Made by a program: the position numbers and the translations under genes. A stretch of DNA of 11,071 nucleotides from Rhodothermales bacterium (GTDB taxonomy: Bacteria; Bacteroidota; Rhodothermia; Rhodothermales; VXPQ01). The stretch is from NCBI GenBank assembly GCA_040904565.1, contig JBBDTI010000079.1, positions 70,879 to 81,949 on the forward strand, in the 5' to 3' direction. Shown here in pieces: positions 6,996 through 11,071 of the stretch. Numbering within the stretch: position 1 is the stretch's first letter; each line of letters starts with the position of its first letter. The notes under the pieces were generated by a model, which saw only the letters and a program-made list of their open reading frames with translations, did no database searches and was not told where the DNA came from.

Positions 6996-7622
6996 TCATT
7001 CGGGAACCGCCTCTGTATAGTACAGCCCGTACGTTCCCGACCGGAACGTCTCGTAGCGAGTTATCCTGAAACGCGCTTCTTCCAACTGGACGTGTATCTT
7101 CTCTGTCGTGTACGTGCTGTGGTGGGCCGGGTCGACGAGGCGGAGGAGGGCGTTCCGAAACCGTATCGTTTTGTAATCTGAACACCAATCCAGCGCGTAC
7201 AGCGTACCGTCACGACGCAGGACGCGCCGCATCTCCATAAGCACGGCGACGGGATCCGGCACGTAATGGAGCATGCTGGCCGTAACGACTGCATCGAAGG
7301 TCGCATCGGGAAACGGCAGGTCAGCGGCGTCCGCAGACCTGAAGAAGACGTTTGTCGCGTCGAATAGCTTGTCTGACGCGCGGCGGATCATTTCAGTCGA
7401 CGCGTCAACGCCGACGATTGCCCCGCGATACCCGTCCGACAGCATTTTCTCCTCGAGGATACCGGTGCCGCAACCGACATCCAGGATCTCCAGTTCGTCA
7501 GTGCGACCGCCGGTGAAGCGCGCCCGTTCAAGCAGCGCGTCCAGCGTCCGGTTTGCATAGCGACGCCACACGAGATCGTATACGTGAGCCCACGCGTCGT
7601 ACTGTCGTCGGACGGATTTCAT
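6996..7622 (-). CDS. Class I SAM-dependent methyltransferase (UbiE/Methyltransf_11-like)
   Basis: 'ILDVGCGTG' (motif I), 'VGVDASTEMI', 'DAADLPFPDATFDAV', 'LHYVPDP' and 'RRVLRRDG'. Likely start at MKSVRRQYD (7622). Confidence 0.88.
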   Translation of the reverse strand: MKSVRRQYDAWAHVYDLVWRRYANRTLDALLERARFTGGRTDELEILDVGCGTGILEEKMLSDGYRGAIVGVDASTEMIRRASDKLFDATNVFFRSADAADLPFPDATFDAVVTASMLHYVPDPVAVLMEMRRVLRRDGTLYALDWCSDYKTIRFRNALLRLVDPAHHSTYTTEKIHVQLEEARFRITRYETFRSGTYGLYYTEAVPE

Positions 7623-7761
7623 AAGGACGTACCTCGTCGAACGGCGCGTAACGAATCGACCGGCTTCCGTTCCAGAGGGAAACGGGGCGAGTAGCCGCAA
7701 GGAGAAATTGGTGCGGCGGCCATGTCTCTGCACGAAGAGGCGGCAAGGGCGATGCCGATAC

Positions 7762-7795
7762 AAATAAACCCCTGAGTCGGGGCGGCTCAGGGGTT
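7762..7795 (-). terminator. Intrinsic terminator downstream of tRNA-Leu
   Basis: The minus strand reads AACCCCTGAGCCG-CCC-CGACTCAGGGGTT-TATTT, 17 nt after the tRNA 3' end. Confidence 0.8.
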
Positions 7796-7812
7796 CAGCA
7801 AGGTCGCCTGTG

Positions 7813-7896
7813 TGCCCGGGACTGGATTCGAACCAGCACGCCCTTGCGAGCGCTGCCCCCTCAAGACAGTGCGTCTACCAATTCCGCCACCCGGGC
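7813..7896 (-). tRNA. tRNA-Leu(GAG), CCA not encoded
   Basis: Acceptor stem GCCCGGG/CCCGGGC-A, D arm GGCGGAATTGGTAGACGC, anticodon arm CTGTC-TTGAGGG-GGCAG, long variable arm, T loop GGTTCGAATCC. Confidence 0.97.
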
Positions 7897-8192
7897 ATCG
7901 GGTTTTTGAGCACGTCCGGCCAATCGCAGAGTTCCGCCGCCATGGCGGTGCAGGTCGAGCGGGCGTGCTCCGGACAAGCTATTACCGCGTCCATACACGG
8001 TGGTTGCGTCAAGAGTTTGCGAAGGCGTCCCCCGCTTGCCACGGCACATACTACGTGCGCCGGGCCCATTTGCGCAAGCGGTGGCCGGAGGCCGCTCACC
8101 ATGTGTCCGGTACGACCGCGCCCGGACCCTTCTCTCGGTCCAGCGATACCACAGGTCTACGACGGCGTTCATCACGAAACCATCCGTTCTCC

Positions 8193-8966
8193 ATGCGTTC
8201 CATTCTCACCACTATCACGTCCAGCATCGCGGCCGCCGTGCTGCTTTCAATCGGTTCCGCGACGATCGTGCACGCGCAGGCTCAATCCACGCACGTCATG
8301 GTGCGTGCCGTTTCGAATGACGCCAAGATCATCGGCTCCGGGGTGGGCGGTGCCCGTATCGTCATTCAGGACGCCGTGACGGGCGAAGTGCTGGCCGAAG
8401 GCGTGCAGGAGGGGGGCACAGGCAGCACGGAGCAGATCATCACCATGCCGCGCGCACGGGACGCCGCCGTGTACGACACGGACGGGGCCGCCGGATTCCT
8501 TGCCGACGTAGCCATTGCGGAACCCACATTCGTGGACGTAACGGCCTATGGTCCGCTCGACGCCGAGGGCATCATGCCGCGCGGTTCCAAGCGCATGCTG
8601 CTTCTGCCAGGGGAAGACGTGCTCGGCGACGGCGTGATTCTGGAACTCAATGGATTCACCGTCGAGGTGCAGTCGGTCTCGACGACGGACCGTACCGTGG
8701 AGGTGACGACGCGCGTAACCATGCTCTGCGGATGCCCGACGGAGCCGGGAGGCCTCTGGGACGCCGACGACATCCGCGTCACCGCCCGGCTAGTGGACGA
8801 CGGCACGCCCGTATCGGTGCAACAGCTGGAATTTGCCGGTACCGCGAGCACCTTCAAGGGAGCGTTGACGGCACCCCGCGACGGTGCATTCGTGCTCGAA
8901 ATCACGGCGAGCGAGGCCGCCGAGGGCAACTTCGGCTTCGTCCGGCGCCACGTTGACGTACGCTGA
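8193..8966 (+). CDS. Secreted uncharacterised beta-rich protein with a CGCP motif
   Basis: Signal peptide ending VHA-QA, then 'VRAVSNDAKIIGSGVGGA', 'EGGTGST' and 'MLCGCPTEPGGLWD', with GC-rich third codon positions. The upstream extension to 7812 overlaps the tRNA and is rejected. Confidence 0.8.
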   Translation: MRSILTTITSSIAAAVLLSIGSATIVHAQAQSTHVMVRAVSNDAKIIGSGVGGARIVIQDAVTGEVLAEGVQEGGTGSTEQIITMPRARDAAVYDTDGAAGFLADVAIAEPTFVDVTAYGPLDAEGIMPRGSKRMLLLPGEDVLGDGVILELNGFTVEVQSVSTTDRTVEVTTRVTMLCGCPTEPGGLWDADDIRVTARLVDDGTPVSVQQLEFAGTASTFKGALTAPRDGAFVLEITASEAAEGNFGFVRRHVDVR

Positions 8967-9039
8967 CGATGACGAACGGCTGCGCCAACGTGCGCGGGCG
9001 ACGGCCCGCATGTCGTCGTACGCACGCAGCGATCTTTAC

Positions 9040-9444
9040 CTATTCGTCCTCCGGCACAACTTCAGCCTCGCCGCGGCGGACGATGTCTTCCTTCAGATCA
9101 CGTCCTCCCTGTCGCCGCTCCGCGATCAGCTTCTCGCGCCACCGTCGAATCTCCCGCGTCAGGGTGTGCTTGAGGCGCACGACGGCCTGATTCAAGGTCG
9201 GCGCCGTACCTTCCACGCGGATCGTCCGCCCCGGAATCGTGATGGTGGCCTCTGCGCGATACAGCTGTTCATCATCGCGTTCCTTCGGATGTCTCCGCGT
9301 CGTGCGCTCGAGCTCAACTTCGACCTTTACGGGCTCGAGATTCATGTCTCCGAACGCTCGAAAACTGTCGTCCAGCTTCTGTTCGACGTATGCCCTCATC
9401 TTGGGCGATACGTCGAGGCCCGTCCCCTGAATGTTGATGTTCAT
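9040..9444 (-). CDS. hpf: Ribosome hibernation promoting factor / RaiA family protein (short form with charged tail)
   Basis: 'MNINIQGTGLDVSPKMRAYVEQKL', 'RAEATITIPGRTIRVEG' and 'LNQAVVRLKHTLTREIRRWREK' match the S30AE/HPF pattern. Confidence 0.85.
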   Translation of the reverse strand: MNINIQGTGLDVSPKMRAYVEQKLDDSFRAFGDMNLEPVKVEVELERTTRRHPKERDDEQLYRAEATITIPGRTIRVEGTAPTLNQAVVRLKHTLTREIRRWREKLIAERRQGGRDLKEDIVRRGEAEVVPEDE

Positions 9445-9525
9445 CACACGTGCAAAAGGAGGTTGGTAATACATTCGATGCTCACCGACGGCGTCCGTCA
9501 GGCCGTACCCGACAGACGGCATCTC

Positions 9526-9963
9526 TCAGACCGATATGCGCTCCGGCCAGAGTTTCCGAATATCTGCGGGGAGGGCACTGCGCACGTCGTCGATCTCGCC
9601 ACGGTCGACCCGCCGCTGCAGGACGGCGAACACGGCGCGGGCTGCATCCGCGGCATTGGCCCCGCCGCCCATCTTCAGCTCCTCGGATACGCGGGCGAGG
9701 AAGGTGTCCTTGTCAAATTTGTCGGGCTTTCCGGTAGGCCGGTAGCCTTCGAAAAAGATGCCTCGCACGAGCATCGGAAGCTGCGCGGCGAACTGCACCG
9801 CCTCGCTCATCGGCAGGCGATCGCGAAGTGCGAAGAGCACGCCGCGCAGTGCGTGATAGGCGATCGACGTGCGCGGGTCTCCCATCTCATCGCCGATGTC
9901 ATTAAGGATCAGGTTCGTTTCGTGAACCGTCGTGTCGAATGCCTTGATACCGTCTTTTGCCAT
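9526..9963 (-). CDS. DUF2267 family protein
   Basis: 'FDTTVHETN', 'AYHALRGVLFALRDRL', 'AAQLPMLVRGIFFEGYRP', 'AARAVFAVL' and 'GEIDDVRSALPADIRKLWP'. A GAGG RBS-like sequence lies upstream. Confidence 0.88.
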   Translation of the reverse strand: MAKDGIKAFDTTVHETNLILNDIGDEMGDPRTSIAYHALRGVLFALRDRLPMSEAVQFAAQLPMLVRGIFFEGYRPTGKPDKFDKDTFLARVSEELKMGGGANAADAARAVFAVLQRRVDRGEIDDVRSALPADIRKLWPERISV

Positions 9964-10210
9964 GATGTCACCTCGTCAACAGGTTCTCGGAAGCCGCCGT
10001 CCGGATTCGCGACGGGCGTGCCGGGGCCGCGCCGTCGGACGTCGCGGTTGCGTCCCACGCACCAGCACCGAATCCCAAGCGACACGCAGCTATCAATTAA
10101 GATAGGGCCGCCAATGGCTGGGGCGTACGGGGAATCACGGACAATTGTGTAGGTACCTGGAGATGTTGGATACGCGGCTATTGCTCACGTCACGTGCTGT
10201 ATCGTAGTGT

Positions 10211-10372
10211 ATCGCTACCGGACGGGAGGGACGAGGTGCACGTGATTATGCAGGTGGATTTTCCATCCGGTATATTTGGCCACGATCCGGATCGATCGCC
10301 CGACGCTCGTTGACATCACGGCGTACGGTCCGTTCGGGACGACGGCTGCGTACCACGGAGCGTGGTGCATTT
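10211..10372 (+). pseudogene. Degraded remnant paralogous to the secreted protein at 8193-8966
   Basis: 10273-10338 reads YLATIRIDRPTLVDITAYGPFG versus FLADVAIAEPTFVDVTAYGPLD at 8496-8561 (12 of 22 identical by eye). Upstream frameshifted pieces IATG and TGGTRCT* resemble LAEG and EGGTGST. Confidence 0.6.
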
Positions 10373-10544
10373 CATCACGCCGGTTGCCCGGGCGAAACGT
10401 TGGAAAATTAACCACCAGGCTGTACTACGCGAAGATCGACTTCCAGAATTGTCTGGATTGGCTTTCCGGACCTGACTGTCGCATGATCTGCCAGACTTCG
10501 CTGAACGTACGCATAGATATTACTGGTATTGTTACCCAGGACAC

Positions 10545-10841
10545 ATGCGGTATTCATTTGTCAAAGATACACTGGTCCGTCTGATTCAGGACGGCATGCT
10601 CTCCAGGGATGATTCAATTCTCGTCGTTGCAGGCGCACACGCAGAAAACAAGCTTTTGCGCGATCTGAACTTCCGCGATGTAACCATCTCGAACCTGGAT
10701 GAGCGGATGACCGGTGATGAATTTGCCCCGTTCAGCTGGAGTTTTCAGGACGCGCACAACCTGACGTACTCGGACGAGCAGTTCGACGAAGGGCAGATAA
10801 CGTTCGATCGCGACTACGCGTCGGAGGTCTTTAAGGTCTGA
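10545..10841 (+). pseudogene. Truncated or internally deleted class I SAM-dependent methyltransferase
   Basis: 'SILVVAGA', 'VTISNLD' and 'QDAHNLTYSDEQFD' follow the N-half of a methyltransferase fold, but the expected next strand and LHH-type motif are absent. The ORF ends 17 aa later. Confidence 0.55.
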
Positions 10842-10972
10842 CAGCTCCCGATGCAGTCAGGAGGACGCTGTCTACGGGCTATATCGAGAGCTGTCGAAAC
10901 TATCTATGGCGGTGTCGCGAACGTCACCAAGAATAGAGGCGGCATTCACGTTCGGATGACTACTGCATTCCC

Positions 10973-11008
10973 AAACCAAAAGCGCCCCATGCGGCAAGCA
11001 TGCGGCGC
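10973..11008 (-). terminator. Probable intrinsic terminator downstream of tRNA-Lys
   Basis: The minus strand reads GCGCC-G-CATGC-TTGCC-GCATG-G-GGCGC-TTTTGGTTT, 9 nt after the tRNA 3' end, with one mismatch in the stem. Confidence 0.6.
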
Positions 11009-11017
11009 GTTTGAAAG

Positions 11018-11071
11018 TGATCCCGGCAGGAATCGAACCTGCGACCCACTGATTAAAAGTCAGTTGCTCTA
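11018..11071 (-). tRNA. tRNA-Lys(TTT), 5' part beyond window edge
   Basis: The minus strand reads TAGAGCA-ACTGA-CTTTTAA-TCAGT-GGGTC-GCAGG-TTCGATT-CCTGC-CGGGATC-A. Anticodon TTT; CCA not encoded. Confidence 0.95.

Noticed and set aside
7812-8192. N-terminal extension of the 384-aa ORF and other ORFs over tRNA-Leu
   Set aside because: They overlap the tRNA, and the signal peptide begins at the ATG at 8193.
8884-10152. 422-aa plus-strand ORF
   Set aside because: Antisense shadow of hpf and DUF2267 with no recognisable motifs; long shadow ORFs are common in GC-rich DNA.
7896-11018. Integrative element or prophage between the two tRNAs
   Set aside because: No integrase, transposase or phage gene, and no duplicated tRNA 3' end found by eye.
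10851-11071. Open frame from ATG 10851 to the window end
   Set aside because: It runs antisense through the tRNA-Lys and its terminator and has no protein-like motifs.
1-11071. CRISPR array or IS element
   Set aside because: No regularly spaced direct repeats, terminal inverted repeats, or cas or transposase ORFs were seen.

Overview
GC-rich bacterial chromosomal window; the gene complement suggests a Rhodothermales/Bacteroidota-like organism, which is an unverified inference. Left to right: a partial HExxH membrane metalloprotease (DUF3267-like), a GH113-like lipoprotein, L-2-hydroxyglutarate oxidase (lhgO), a minus-strand sulfur-relay cysteine-synthesis operon (cysteine synthase, JAMM/Mec protease, ubiquitin-like carrier-MoeB-rhodanese fusion), a hypothetical protein, a SAM methyltransferase, tRNA-Leu(GAG), a secreted CGCP-motif protein, HPF/RaiA, DUF2267, a decayed tract with two gene remnants, and a partial tRNA-Lys(TTT). 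Two features stand out. (1) Directly upstream of cysteine synthase is an apparently complete cysteine-sensing transcription attenuator: a leader ORF with nine consecutive Cys codons, an antiterminator and a mutually exclusive intrinsic terminator. (2) The operon's sulfur carrier has its Gly-Gly motif buried inside a fusion with its E1-like activator, so the co-encoded JAMM protease probably has to cleave it free.
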